From: Candidatus Thorarchaeota archaeon | GTDB lineage: Archaea; Asgardarchaeota; Thorarchaeia; Thorarchaeales; Thorarchaeaceae | Direction of reading: 5' to 3' | Length of the DNA stretch: 64,000 bases | Assembly: GCA_048882045.1 (NCBI GenBank) | Contig: JBHLRZ010000014.1 | Span: forward strand, 1 to 64,000 | Shown: in pieces, positions 1 to 9,456 of the stretch | Position numbering within the stretch: position 1 is the first letter of the stretch | Layout of the letters: each line of letters begins with the position of its first letter | The notes under the pieces: generated by a model | Database searches by the model: none | Told to the model about the DNA's origin: nothing | What the model saw: only the letters and a program-made list of their open reading frames with translations | Translations under genes and position numbers: made by a program

Positions 1-640
1 CTGGGGGAGGTGGGATATGACCATGCATAGGGACAACATTTAGGCTAGGTTTATGACCATATACACCACAAAAGTGAGCAGGAATTCGGATTGACCCTCC
101 CCAATCACTCCCTATTGACAAATAACTTAACCCAGCAGCAAGTGCAGCTGCTCCACCGCCTGTTGAACCTCCTGGGGTAAGTTTGTGATCCCAAGGATTG
201 TTAGTTGTGCCAAAGATCTCGTTGTAGCTCTGCCAGTCACCAGCCATTGGTGGTACATTTGTATGACCAATGATGACTGCACCTGCTTCGCGAATCCGTT
301 TAACAACCTCTGCATCTCTTTTTGGAATATGAGTAGCTAATTTAGGTGAGCCAGCGGTTGTAAGAACATTAGCCATTTCGAGTGTGTCTTTGACTGAGCA
401 TGGGACACCATGCAGTGGTCCCCATAATTCACCTTTTGCCAGTGCTTCATCTGCAGCGCGAGCTCGATCTAGTGCATCATCCCTGATGAGTGTGATAACT
501 GCATTGAGACTTGGGTTATATATCTCAATTCGTTCTAAAATTCGATTAGTGAGCTCTAGAGAGGATACTTCGCCTCTCTGAATAGCCCTTGCCACTTCTA
601 TTGCGGAAGAAAACACAAAGGTAGAGGGTTCTGTCGACAA
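1..640 (-). CDS. Amidase signature family protein (5' part; runs off the window)
   Basis: Manual translation from TTG at 640 (GGAGG SD upstream): MSTEPSTFVFSSAIEVARAIQRGEVSSLEL...GPLHGVPCSVKD...GKTN...PGGSTGG; not in the ORF track because it has no stop in the window. Confidence 0.85.
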   Translation of the reverse strand, partial: MSTEPSTFVFSSAIEVARAIQRGEVSSLELTNRILERIEIYNPSLNAVITLIRDDALDRARAADEALAKGELWGPLHGVPCSVKDTLEMANVLTTAGSPKLATHIPKRDAEVVKRIREAGAVIIGHTNVPPMAGDWQSYNEIFGTTNNPWDHKLTPGGSTGGGAAALAAGLSYLSIGSDWGGSIRIPAHFCGVYGHKPSLNVVPMHGHIPPPP

Positions 641-788
641 AAACCAATTCCTCCTAAAATCCTAGTATAGTTTTACTAGTTTGCTAAAAACACTTTGGAG
701 CCTTCAACTGATCCTAGCAAGCGGCGTACACTGTTCATGACTAATTATTTATAAGATGAAATTAACAATCGTTAGTTGTGAGAAATCC

Positions 789-1034
789 ATGACGAATATG
801 GAGCCAGTAGAAACTCTGGACTGTGTGGGGCTGTTTTGTCCTCAGCCTCTATTCCAGACACGTGAAGCAATAGACGAATTAAAACCAGGAGAGATACTCG
901 AGATGTTTTCTGACGATCCAGCTGCAGAAGAGGACATTAAGAGGTTCGCGAAGAGGACTGGAAATACGTTGCTAGTCTTCGAACGTCTAGAAGATGGTAT
1001 ACAGAGATTTCTCATTAAAAAGAAGGAGGATTAA
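789..1034 (+). CDS. tusA: TusA/SirA-family sulfur carrier
   Basis: LDCVGLFCPQP motif, SDDPAAEEDI; ~80 aa. Confidence 0.9.
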   Translation: MTNMEPVETLDCVGLFCPQPLFQTREAIDELKPGEILEMFSDDPAAEEDIKRFAKRTGNTLLVFERLEDGIQRFLIKKKED

Positions 1035-1036
1035 AA

Positions 1037-1390
1037 GTGTCGAAGATACTTTATGTTCAGACGTCTGACGATCCTGAGAGACAGTATTCACCTTTTGTTC
1101 TTGCACAAGCTGCGAAGGCAATGGATATTGAACCAATGATTTACTTCCTAGGTCAGGGATTAAGAGTCTTGCAACCCGGTGCAGCGGAAAAAATCAAACT
1201 TGGTTCATTCCCAAGTCTTCAAGAGATGATAGATAAGACTGCAGAGATGGGAATTCCAATATATGTGTGTGAAGCATCCAAACAGATGCTGGGATGGGAC
1301 AAGGTGGAACTTGATCCACAATGCAAGATTGTCGGAGCCGCAACACTTAACGACCTTGTGCTGGAAGCAGACGCAACTCAATGGTTCTAG
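1037..1390 (+). CDS. DsrE/DsrF-like protein
   Basis: IYFLGQG, IYVCEAS, VGAATL; 117 aa; in a sulfur operon. Confidence 0.8.
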   Translation: MSKILYVQTSDDPERQYSPFVLAQAAKAMDIEPMIYFLGQGLRVLQPGAAEKIKLGSFPSLQEMIDKTAEMGIPIYVCEASKQMLGWDKVELDPQCKIVGAATLNDLVLEADATQWF

Positions 1391-1408
1391 ATTAGGTTTG
1401 ATGGAGAT

Positions 1409-2575
1409 ATGGCGAAAGGAATCTACCTAGACTACCAGAGTGCGAAACCAGTTGACCCTAGAGTAGTAGAAGGGATGAGTGAATACTTCTTCGAGGATTT
1501 TGGGAATCCCTCAGCTCTACACCATGTTGGTGATGTTGCAACAGATGCACTTGAAGAGAGTCGTAAGAAGATTGCAGAGTACATCAATGCTGATGAGGAT
1601 GAAATCATATTCACCTCAGGTGCAACTGAAGCGATCAATATGGGAATCATAGGATTCGCTCTCAGGAACAAGAAGAAGGGCAATCATATCATCATGTCCG
1701 AGATAGAACACATTTCTATCCACAATATTGCCAAACATCTGGAAAAGGAAGGCTTCGTGATCTCTAAGGTCCCAGTCGATCAGTATGGCAAAGTGAACCT
1801 TCGAAAGCTCGAGCGCAGGATTACAGAAGACACAATTCTCATCTCTGTGGGTATGGCAAGTAACGAGATTGGCACGGTACAACCCATTAATGAGATTGGA
1901 AAATTGGCTGCAGAGAAGGGAATTGCATTCCATACAGATGCAGTTGCAGCACAAGGGTTACTAGAAATCGATGTGAAAAGGGATAACATCAACCTCATGG
2001 CTCTATCCTCGAACGACTTCTATGGACCGAGAGGAGTAGGAGTCCTATACATGCAGAAGAAATACAGAGTCAATCCTCTCATAATAGGCGGTGGGCAGGA
2101 ACGAGGTCTACGCTCAGGAAGTGAAGACATTCCTGGAATAGTTGGAATGAGTTTGGCAGTCGATATTCTGAAGAAAGAGATGACGCCAGAGGTGAAGAGA
2201 TTCCTCGGTTATCGTGATAGGATGATCAAGCAGATACTCGAAGAGGTACCTGACAGTCACCTCAATGGCCATCCGACAGATAGACTGGCCAGTAATGCTC
2301 ATTTCAGATTTGAAGGAATTGAAGGCGAGTCTATTCTACTCTCTTTCAAAGACCTTGATATTGCAGTATCCACAGGTTCAGCATGTACATCAAAAACCCT
2401 GGAACCTTCACATACCCTAATAGCAACTGGACTTCTACATGAAGAAGCTCATGGATCACTACAGCTCACTACTGGAAGATTCAATACAGATGATGAAATA
2501 GATAGAGTGTTGGAAACCGTACCCAATGTGGTATCACGGCTACGTGACCTCTCTCCAATTTACAAAAAGAAGTGA
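1409..2575 (+). CDS. iscS: Cysteine desulfurase (IscS/NifS, class I)
   Basis: IYLDY, FGNPS, FTSGATEA, EHIS, HTDAVAA, GGGQERGLRSG, STGSACTS catalytic Cys. Confidence 0.93.
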   Translation: MAKGIYLDYQSAKPVDPRVVEGMSEYFFEDFGNPSALHHVGDVATDALEESRKKIAEYINADEDEIIFTSGATEAINMGIIGFALRNKKKGNHIIMSEIEHISIHNIAKHLEKEGFVISKVPVDQYGKVNLRKLERRITEDTILISVGMASNEIGTVQPINEIGKLAAEKGIAFHTDAVAAQGLLEIDVKRDNINLMALSSNDFYGPRGVGVLYMQKKYRVNPLIIGGGQERGLRSGSEDIPGIVGMSLAVDILKKEMTPEVKRFLGYRDRMIKQILEEVPDSHLNGHPTDRLASNAHFRFEGIEGESILLSFKDLDIAVSTGSACTSKTLEPSHTLIATGLLHEEAHGSLQLTTGRFNTDDEIDRVLETVPNVVSRLRDLSPIYKKK

Positions 2576-2582
2576 ATGAATA

Positions 2583-3362
2583 ATGAAATCAACAAAATAC
2601 AGCGAAAAGGTCCTTGATCATTTCCGCAACCCTCGAAATGTCGGTACACTTGAAGGCGATGATGTTGCCGTTGGAAAGGTGGGAAATCCGACCTGTGGAG
2701 ATATCATGGAGGTTTACATACGCATAGATGGAGACAAGATAACCGATGCCAAATTCAGAACCTTCGGATGTGGTTCAGCAATTGCAACTACAAGCATGAC
2801 AACAGAGATGGTCAAAGGAATGACTCTTGATGAGGCAATGGAACTCACTAGGCAGGATGTTGCAGAAGAATTGGATGGGCTCCCACCGATAAAGATGCAC
2901 TGTTCAAATCTCGCCGCTGATGCGCTTCATGAAGCAATCATTAACTTCAGAAAAGGAAGAGGAGAAACTGTGGAAAAGGTGGAGATGACATCAATACCTG
3001 AGCCAGGATGTGTTGTTGGACAAGACGAATTTCTAAACAAAGGGGTTTGGACGGGAGTTGACGACCCAACAGATTTCAAAGACCTTCGAACTTTAGTCCT
3101 TCATTCGGGAGATGAATCGGTTAGGGCGGCAATCGACCTTACTGAACAGACCGAACGAGTGATACTATTGACACCTGATAAGTCTGTGATGACGACTCCT
3201 GAGCTTGAAGAAGAACTTGAGAATTCAAGTGTCAAAATATTGACGGAGGCTCGACTACTTGAAATACGTGGCGAATTTGAAGTCGAGAAAGTCCTCATAT
3301 TCAATATTGACGAGGATGAGGAGTACGAGCTTTTCGTCGACGCAGTAGTGATAATTGAGTAG
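2583..3362 (+). CDS. iscU: IscU/NifU-N Fe-S scaffold fused to a degenerate thioredoxin-reductase NAD(P)H-binding domain
   Basis: YSEKVLDHFRNPRNVG, GNPTCGD, FGCGSAIA, LPPIKMHCS; C-terminal ~120 aa resembles the TrxB middle domain. Confidence 0.9.
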   Translation: MKSTKYSEKVLDHFRNPRNVGTLEGDDVAVGKVGNPTCGDIMEVYIRIDGDKITDAKFRTFGCGSAIATTSMTTEMVKGMTLDEAMELTRQDVAEELDGLPPIKMHCSNLAADALHEAIINFRKGRGETVEKVEMTSIPEPGCVVGQDEFLNKGVWTGVDDPTDFKDLRTLVLHSGDESVRAAIDLTEQTERVILLTPDKSVMTTPELEEELENSSVKILTEARLLEIRGEFEVEKVLIFNIDEDEEYELFVDAVVIIE

Positions 3363-3368
3363 TTCAGG

Positions 3369-3830
3369 ATGCTTGACATTAGAAATGCGACTCGAGAGGA
3401 CCACCAGCTTCTAAGAAAGATGTACCTTTCAGAAGTGGAGGATCACAAAGAACGCGCAAATGCTTTTGCAGACGACCTGATTCAACGTTTCAAGACCCTA
3501 CTTGCGTTTTGCGACGGTCATCTATGTGGAACCGCTTCATGGGACTCTCGAGGAGGACTGGATGACGGTGTCATTGAGATGACAAGTATCGGTGTAAACA
3601 CGTCCAAAAGGCGACAAGGCGTAGGGGCAAAATTGGTGGAGTCAATAATCGAAGACGCGACCACTTTCTTTACACAGAGGGGGTACTCTCTTAGAGTGAT
3701 CATTTTATTCATGGAACGTAACAATGAAGTGGCTAGGAAATTCTATTCGTCTCTTGGATTCAAAGAGAACGCCTCAATCGAAGCACTCTATCCATCCGAC
3801 GATGGATCAATTTGGACTCGTCACCTCTAG
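3369..3830 (+). CDS. GNAT N-acetyltransferase
   Basis: RRQGVGAKL acetyl-CoA motif, NEVARKFYSSLGF. Confidence 0.85.
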   Translation: MLDIRNATREDHQLLRKMYLSEVEDHKERANAFADDLIQRFKTLLAFCDGHLCGTASWDSRGGLDDGVIEMTSIGVNTSKRRQGVGAKLVESIIEDATTFFTQRGYSLRVIILFMERNNEVARKFYSSLGFKENASIEALYPSDDGSIWTRHL

Positions 3831-3885
3831 GTATCACAAGTACTGATATGATTCTTCAGGATTTGGCCCATTAGGAGAAATCTGA

Positions 3886-4563
3886 ATGGTTTCAGGCATC
3901 GGGACACTCCAGGAGCGGTCCCTTCATGCAAGTCTCAAGCAGCTCTATATGACAGGGGAAGCTGAAGCTGAGGTTGAAGTGGATGGGTATATCGTGGACA
4001 TCGTAAATAATGGAATGTTGATAGAGATCCAGACCTCTAACTTTGCCAAAATTAAGTCTAAACTACATGCCTTAATGATGCACCATCCTGTGAAACTTGT
4101 CTATCCAATTCCACGTGAAAAGATCGTTGTCCGTGAATCACTGGATGGTAGTAAAGAGATTGGAAGGAGACGGTCACCTAAACGATTGGGACATATAGAT
4201 ATCTTTGACGAGTTGATCCGATTTCCCAACTTCATGTCACACAGCAACTTTTCCCTTGAAGTCATACTGATTAGAGAAGAAGAGATTCGCAGAAAGGATG
4301 GAAAGGGAAGCTGGCGAAGGAGAGGATGGAGTATTGTTGACCGAAGGCTCGTTGAGGTGATAGATAGACGTCTCTATGAGAAACCATCCGATTTTCTCCA
4401 ATTCATTCCACTAGACTTGGAGAGACCCTTTACGAATTCAGACCTTGTTGAACTACTCGATATTCCAAGAAGGATAGCGCAGCGAATGACATTTTGTCTT
4501 CGGAAGATGAGTGCTATCAAGTCTGTTGGGAAGAATGGAAATGCGATTCTCTACGATATCTGA
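3886..4563 (+). CDS. Conserved hypothetical protein, PD-(D/E)XK-like nuclease fold with C-terminal wHTH
   Basis: E..LH..LK, YIVDIV..LIEIQT pattern; C-terminal helix-turn-helix-like segment. Confidence 0.55.
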   Translation: MVSGIGTLQERSLHASLKQLYMTGEAEAEVEVDGYIVDIVNNGMLIEIQTSNFAKIKSKLHALMMHHPVKLVYPIPREKIVVRESLDGSKEIGRRRSPKRLGHIDIFDELIRFPNFMSHSNFSLEVILIREEEIRRKDGKGSWRRRGWSIVDRRLVEVIDRRLYEKPSDFLQFIPLDLERPFTNSDLVELLDIPRRIAQRMTFCLRKMSAIKSVGKNGNAILYDI

Positions 4564-4574
4564 ACTCGAATTCA

Positions 4575-5696
4575 TTATGTTTTGTTCTTACTCCAATCCT
4601 TCTTCGCCATCTTGCCTGACATTACATCTCTGATATCCTGTAGGTATTCATCTCCAGGAGTAATCCATCCATGTGTTTCTGGACTGTATAGGTCATAAGG
4701 ATGGGAGTCCATACTCGATCTTGAACTATGGACTGTCTGGATGAAAGAAGTGTTCAAATACGGTTTCAGGAGGTCTAAGCCTCTTAGGAATGCTGACAGG
4801 CTCTTAGAAGAGAATGATGTAGTGATGGCATACCTTGTTTCTGATTCCAAAATTATTGTTGCAGGGAACGGTAAGTCATAGATACTAGGAAGAACTGGAC
4901 CTTTTGAGTCCTTGAGTTCAAGAAAACAGAATATGGGTAGTAAATCGCTTGAACCAGCGAGAGCTGAACTATATCCCTTGATGATGCCACTCTTCTCAAG
5001 ACGACGAATTCTCTTGTTGACCTGAGCTTCTGATAGTTGAAGGGTATTTGCGAGTTCCTTTTGCGTAATCTCTCCATTGTCAAACATTAGTTTTAGAATT
5101 GACACATCCTTATGGTCGTAATCGACAATAGTCTGAGCAGCACTCATTGGATTCTTGAACTTCTTTTTCGATTTGATGTTCTTCTCGATCTGGTCCTCCC
5201 ACTGACCGGCATCCCAGGTCCATCCACACTCAGGATCGAATTTTGAATAATCTGCACCTTTCGCATCATAGTCCGTTACATCAATGATAAAAAAGTCAGA
5301 GAGGAGCTCATGCTTTTGACACTCCTCCATTATCCTTCTGACAATTCTGGGAGTTGAGAGAGAGTAGAGAGAGTATCCAAGAAAACCGTTGAAATGGCCG
5401 TATGTTGGACTGTAGTGATAGATTGTATCTATTGCATAGAATACCTCAGGGAGAAGTTCATATCCCCTCTCCTTTGCCTCTACTATGAAGATACTTTCAC
5501 CGAGACCCATTCTTCGTTCGAGAGCCATGACTCTGGTCGGATTAAGAACACCGGCCTCTCGCATCTTCTTGATTCGATAGCGGACTGTGCGTGCGGGAAT
5601 TTCTACAATTTCCCCAACTTCTTCAGTGGACATCTTATGACCGAATCTAGATATCGCCCCAATGATGTCAATGTCCTTCTGGTCCAGTTTCTTCAG
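4575..5696 (-). CDS. Lrp/AsnC-type regulator with two wHTH domains (probable CTG start at 5696)
   Basis: LKKLDQKDIDII..STEEVG..ARTVRYRIKKMREAGV and YDHKDVSIL..ITQKELA..QVNKRIRRLEKSGII; ORF-track ATG at 5633 truncates the first HTH. Confidence 0.8.
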   Translation of the reverse strand: MKKLDQKDIDIIGAISRFGHKMSTEEVGEIVEIPARTVRYRIKKMREAGVLNPTRVMALERRMGLGESIFIVEAKERGYELLPEVFYAIDTIYHYSPTYGHFNGFLGYSLYSLSTPRIVRRIMEECQKHELLSDFFIIDVTDYDAKGADYSKFDPECGWTWDAGQWEDQIEKNIKSKKKFKNPMSAAQTIVDYDHKDVSILKLMFDNGEITQKELANTLQLSEAQVNKRIRRLEKSGIIKGYSSALAGSSDLLPIFCFLELKDSKGPVLPSIYDLPFPATIILESETRYAITTSFSSKSLSAFLRGLDLLKPYLNTSFIQTVHSSRSSMDSHPYDLYSPETHGWITPGDEYLQDIRDVMSGKMAKKDWSKNKT

Positions 5697-5771
5697 TTAT
5701 TTCACACTCGCGATATCTCTTTTTCAAGATACAATTAAACTTCGTTTCAAAGCAATTTCATATTACGCTAT

Positions 5772-5848
5772 TGGCAATATTTATATAAAATTTTGCCAGA
5801 AAATTCGCACGCGTGAATTAATGGCAAGATACTGGTAACATCCTGCCA
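5772..5848. promoter_or_regulatory. Divergent promoter with two TGGCAA-N15-(T/C)TGCCA inverted repeats; TATA box inside the first
   Basis: TGGCAA(5772)-N15-TTGCCA(5798) around TTTATATAAA; TGGCAA(5822)-N15-CTGCCA(5848). Confidence 0.6.
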
Positions 5849-5873
5849 ATAACACACGGATGGTGGAAAAGAA

Positions 5874-6158
5874 GTGAGCACCCCTGTCAACCTGACAAAA
5901 AGCACATTGCTCGTGTTGGACAAGCTGGACAGAGATGGACCTATGAGTCCTCAACAGTTGTCAGAAACATCAGGACTCGCAATGAGAACTGTGACTCTGG
6001 CTCTAAAGACTCTACTCACAGGGAAATTCTGCCGGAGAATTCCAAACCTGATGGACATGCGGAAACCTCTCTATCATGCAGATCCTAAAAAGGTCGAGGA
6101 ACTACGACGCAATGTAGAAATCTGGAGATCCATGGCACATTTGCATGTCATGAGGTAG
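5874..6158 (+). CDS. Small winged-helix (MarR-like) regulator
   Basis: GPMSPQQLSETSGLAMRTVTLALKTL HTH; PNLMDMRKPLY wing. Confidence 0.75.
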   Translation: MSTPVNLTKSTLLVLDKLDRDGPMSPQQLSETSGLAMRTVTLALKTLLTGKFCRRIPNLMDMRKPLYHADPKKVEELRRNVEIWRSMAHLHVMR

Positions 6159-6170
6159 TCTATCAAGGCT

Positions 6171-6204
6171 TGGCTGCAGTTACATGCAGCCAGTGTTTCA
6201 TTTT
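6171..6204 (+). terminator. Hairpin + T-rich terminator
   Basis: TGGCTGCA-gttaca-TGCAGCCA then GTGTTTCATTTT, just after the stop at 6158. Confidence 0.6.
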
Positions 6205-6270
6205 ACTATTTCCTAGTTATTGAAAACAAATCAAAATCATTTGTCAAAGAGTACATTGTCAGATGGACTT

Positions 6271-6642
6271 CTATGGACAGCCATCATGGAAACAACGTTT
6301 CAACACAGCACTCATGACTGCTCCTCTTGCTACGTCCATGTCTGGTATTCCGGAGATAAACTCGCTACACACACGCATTGCAGGGAGGCCTAAGGGTGCG
6401 GGAAATCCACAGCCATCATCTACACTAGATTCCACATCAACAGTACGGATCGTCTGAGGTGGAAGACCAAAATCAGAAATGACACTGTACATGGTTTCAT
6501 ACGCAGCATCACACAGCACACATTTCTTACTGGTGTAGAGGATAATACAGGCACATCTTCCACAGTCTGTTTTCATCGACTCGAAAGCCGATGTGAATTG
6601 CACTGACTCCTGTCTAAGCGTCATCGTATCTGTCGCACCCAA
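6271..6642 (-). CDS. Cys-rich thioredoxin-fold protein
   Basis: LYTSKKCVLC CxxC, GLPAM cis-Pro region, ISGIPD; start uncertain. Confidence 0.55.
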   Translation of the reverse strand: MGATDTMTLRQESVQFTSAFESMKTDCGRCACIILYTSKKCVLCDAAYETMYSVISDFGLPPQTIRTVDVESSVDDGCGFPAPLGLPAMRVCSEFISGIPDMDVARGAVMSAVLKRCFHDGCP

Positions 6643-6862
6643 TGAGAGGATGTGAAATATTAGATATAAAGTAACTAAGCAAAGACTCCAGTAAAAAAAT
6701 GGAAGTACAAGACGTCTAGAGCCATTCTGAAGGGGGATGTTCCATCGTAGGCTAAGTATCCTGGTTTGATGCCTACTATGGTAGTCGACTCATTTTCTCT
6801 TCCGGAATTCAATCTAAACATTTGGCCATATCACTCTAATATTACTAGGGCAATATGGACAA

Positions 6863-8050
6863 CTAGCATACCAGTTCAAGTGCTGATGTGAGATCCGTGA
6901 ATAGGTCTTCAACATCCTCAATTCCTACACTCAATCGAACCGTAGATTCCGAGATATTCATCTCAGCCAGTGCTTCTGGAGTAAGTCCGTAATGAGTTGT
7001 AAGAGCAGGGATACTCGCCAAACTCTCTACCCCACCAAGTGATACCGCATTGAGGAAGATTCCAAGAGAGTCAACAAATGTCTTTGCACCTTCGAGATCA
7101 CAGTCGATCTCAACAGACATCATGCCACCAAAGCCCCTCATCTGTTTCTTAGCAACATCATGATGAGGATGACTTGAGAGGCCTGGGTAGTGGACCCTTC
7201 TGATTCGAGAGTCCTGTTCGAGCTTTTCAGCAAGGTACATTGCATTGGAGTTATGTCGCTGCATCCTTACATCCAATGTCTTTATGCCACGATCAAGTAG
7301 AAATGCTGCGAAAGGATCCATTGTTCCACCCAAGAGCTTTGTTGCACTATGGACTTTAGTCATCAGCTCCTTGGAGCCTGAAACAGTACCAGCAATAATA
7401 TCACTGTGGCCACCGAGATACTTAGTAGCACTATGCATGACAAGGTCTATACCAAGCTTGTGTGGTGATTGATTGATAGGGGAGCCAAACGTACTGTCAA
7501 TCATACTTGTGGTCCCAGTTGATCTTGCTGCATCAGCAACCTTACTGATATCAACAATCTTGAGAGTTGGGTTGGTTGGAGTTTCAAAGAAAATCAACTT
7601 GTACTTGCCTTCTGAGTCAAAGATTCGATCCACCAACTCATCAGTGTCAACATAATCGACCTCAATCCCATTATTTGGAAGAATCTCATTGAAGAAATGA
7701 ACTGTTCCCCCATAGATGGAGTCACTTGAAAGGACTTTATCACCTCCCTTAACAAGACCCATCACAGCTGACGAAATTGCAGCCATTCCTGAAGATAGAA
7801 CCAAAGTTGCCTCAGTCCCTTCCAGAGCGCTTATTTTCTCCTCGACACTCTTGGTCGTGGGATTAGTCCAACGCGTGTAAACATGTCCACCTGACTTTCC
7901 TTGGACAGCATCAAGCATATCCTGCTGATTCTCAAACACAAATGTCGAAGTCTGTGTAATTGGCACTACTGCAGGCCCCGAGGTCTGAGTGTGTGTGCCT
8001 TGTACACAGAGTGTTGGTAGAGTTCTCTCCTTTTTCATCTTAGACAACAC
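6863..8050 (-). CDS. PLP-dependent Cys/Met metabolism enzyme (cystathionine gamma-synthase/lyase, methionine gamma-lyase family)
   Basis: YTRWTNPT, SSGMAAI, ETPTNP, HSATKYLGGHSD (PLP Lys), VSLGGVESL, RLSVGIED. Confidence 0.92.
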   Translation of the reverse strand: MLSKMKKERTLPTLCVQGTHTQTSGPAVVPITQTSTFVFENQQDMLDAVQGKSGGHVYTRWTNPTTKSVEEKISALEGTEATLVLSSGMAAISSAVMGLVKGGDKVLSSDSIYGGTVHFFNEILPNNGIEVDYVDTDELVDRIFDSEGKYKLIFFETPTNPTLKIVDISKVADAARSTGTTSMIDSTFGSPINQSPHKLGIDLVMHSATKYLGGHSDIIAGTVSGSKELMTKVHSATKLLGGTMDPFAAFLLDRGIKTLDVRMQRHNSNAMYLAEKLEQDSRIRRVHYPGLSSHPHHDVAKKQMRGFGGMMSVEIDCDLEGAKTFVDSLGIFLNAVSLGGVESLASIPALTTHYGLTPEALAEMNISESTVRLSVGIEDVEDLFTDLTSALELVC

Positions 8051-8126
8051 TCCAAATGACAGCCCGTTTCAAACATGAAAAGGCTGTTCTATTAACTATA
8101 TTAAATGTGATGAATGGGCAATAGAA

Positions 8127-8339
8127 CTAGGGCTCTTCTGGGACTATCAGAGCAATTACAAAATACCCGAGCAATCCAATCACTGTAAGTGTGAGAAGGA
8201 ACATTATAATCCGAACAAGTGTTGGATTCATATCGTAATATTTAGCAATCCCACCACAAACTCCCAGAATCATTCGGTCTGTTCTTGAGCGATAAAGACC
8301 ATCGCTTGGAGAAGGAGTTGGAGTTGGAATTTCAGCCAT
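8127..8339 (-). CDS. PspC domain membrane protein
   Basis: LYRSRTDRMILGVCGGIAKYY...LVRI. Confidence 0.88.
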   Translation of the reverse strand: MAEIPTPTPSPSDGLYRSRTDRMILGVCGGIAKYYDMNPTLVRIIMFLLTLTVIGLLGYFVIALIVPEEP

Positions 8340-8438
8340 TCTACCACAGTGCAAATCAGAGAATTGAAAGATATTAAGCGTTTGCAGAAGTAGTGCATCG
8401 CTAGGTACATATCAGGGCTAGGGACAGCGAAACAGAAC

Positions 8439-9452
8439 ATGAATATCATCGAAGCCATCAAGGTACTTCCCAAAGTCGAACTCCATGTTCACACCCTAGG
8501 CTCAATCCAGCCATCTACCCTTCTAAGAATAATCGAGGATGAGGGATTCGAAACTCCATACAAAACAGAAGAAGACATCATCAAGAGGTTCCAATACACG
8601 GATTTTATACATTTCATTAGTGTCTACAAAGAGATCATAGGCTACCTCTCAGAAGAGAAGCATTTCGAACACATCACCTACGATATGCTGAAACACTGTT
8701 CAGAGTGCAACACGCGCTATGTGGAGGCCAGCTTTTCTCCAATAGATCACCTACAACACAATTTGGATTTCTCAAAGATGGTCGACGCAATCAACAGAGG
8801 TATTGACAGGGCTAGACAATCATATGATATAGAAGCTAGCATCAGAGTTGATCTTGTTCGAGATTCGACACAGGAGGAAGCAATGGAGATTCTTGACTTC
8901 ATAGAGAAGAATCCAAAGAACATCGTTTCTATTGATATTGGTGGTGACGAAACCAGATTCCCTCCAAAACCGTTTGCTGAAACCTATCATCGTGCAGGTG
9001 AGATGGGACTACATCTTGTAGCACATGCTGGAGAGGCTGCAGGACCTCAATCCATTTGGGATGCAATCGAATATCTCAATGTTGAACGTATAGGTCACGG
9101 AGTTTCAGCTAGAGAAGACCAGAAACTTGTCGAGTATCTTCGTAAACACCAGATTGGCATAGAGATGAATCCAGTAAGCAATCTCAGGACCAGAGTAGTG
9201 GAGTCAATCAAGGACCACCCTATCCGAGATTTCTTCGACAAGGGTCTCTTGGTCACAGTGAGTAGCGATGATCCATCACTATTTCATACAGACTTGAACA
9301 ACGAGTATATCCAGATCCATCATCACCTTGGTTTCACTCTTGAAGAACTGTTTCAGATATCTTTGAATGGCATTAGAACAGCTTTCATTGATGAACCAAA
9401 GAAGGAGATATTGAGAACTACATTCAAGAAAGAATTCGATCAGATTGAATGA
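8439..9452 (+). CDS. add: Adenosine/adenine deaminase
   Basis: LPKVELHVH, AHAGE, ERIGHG, PVSN, SSDDP. Confidence 0.92.
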   Translation: MNIIEAIKVLPKVELHVHTLGSIQPSTLLRIIEDEGFETPYKTEEDIIKRFQYTDFIHFISVYKEIIGYLSEEKHFEHITYDMLKHCSECNTRYVEASFSPIDHLQHNLDFSKMVDAINRGIDRARQSYDIEASIRVDLVRDSTQEEAMEILDFIEKNPKNIVSIDIGGDETRFPPKPFAETYHRAGEMGLHLVAHAGEAAGPQSIWDAIEYLNVERIGHGVSAREDQKLVEYLRKHQIGIEMNPVSNLRTRVVESIKDHPIRDFFDKGLLVTVSSDDPSLFHTDLNNEYIQIHHHLGFTLEELFQISLNGIRTAFIDEPKKEILRTTFKKEFDQIE

Positions 9453-9456
9453 AGAC

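Noticed and set aside
6730-6781. Hairpin CCATCGTAGGC...GCCTACTATGG resembling the end of a fluoride riboswitch
   Set aside because: The P1/pseudoknot arrangement is missing and no sense gene lies downstream; more likely a terminator-type hairpin
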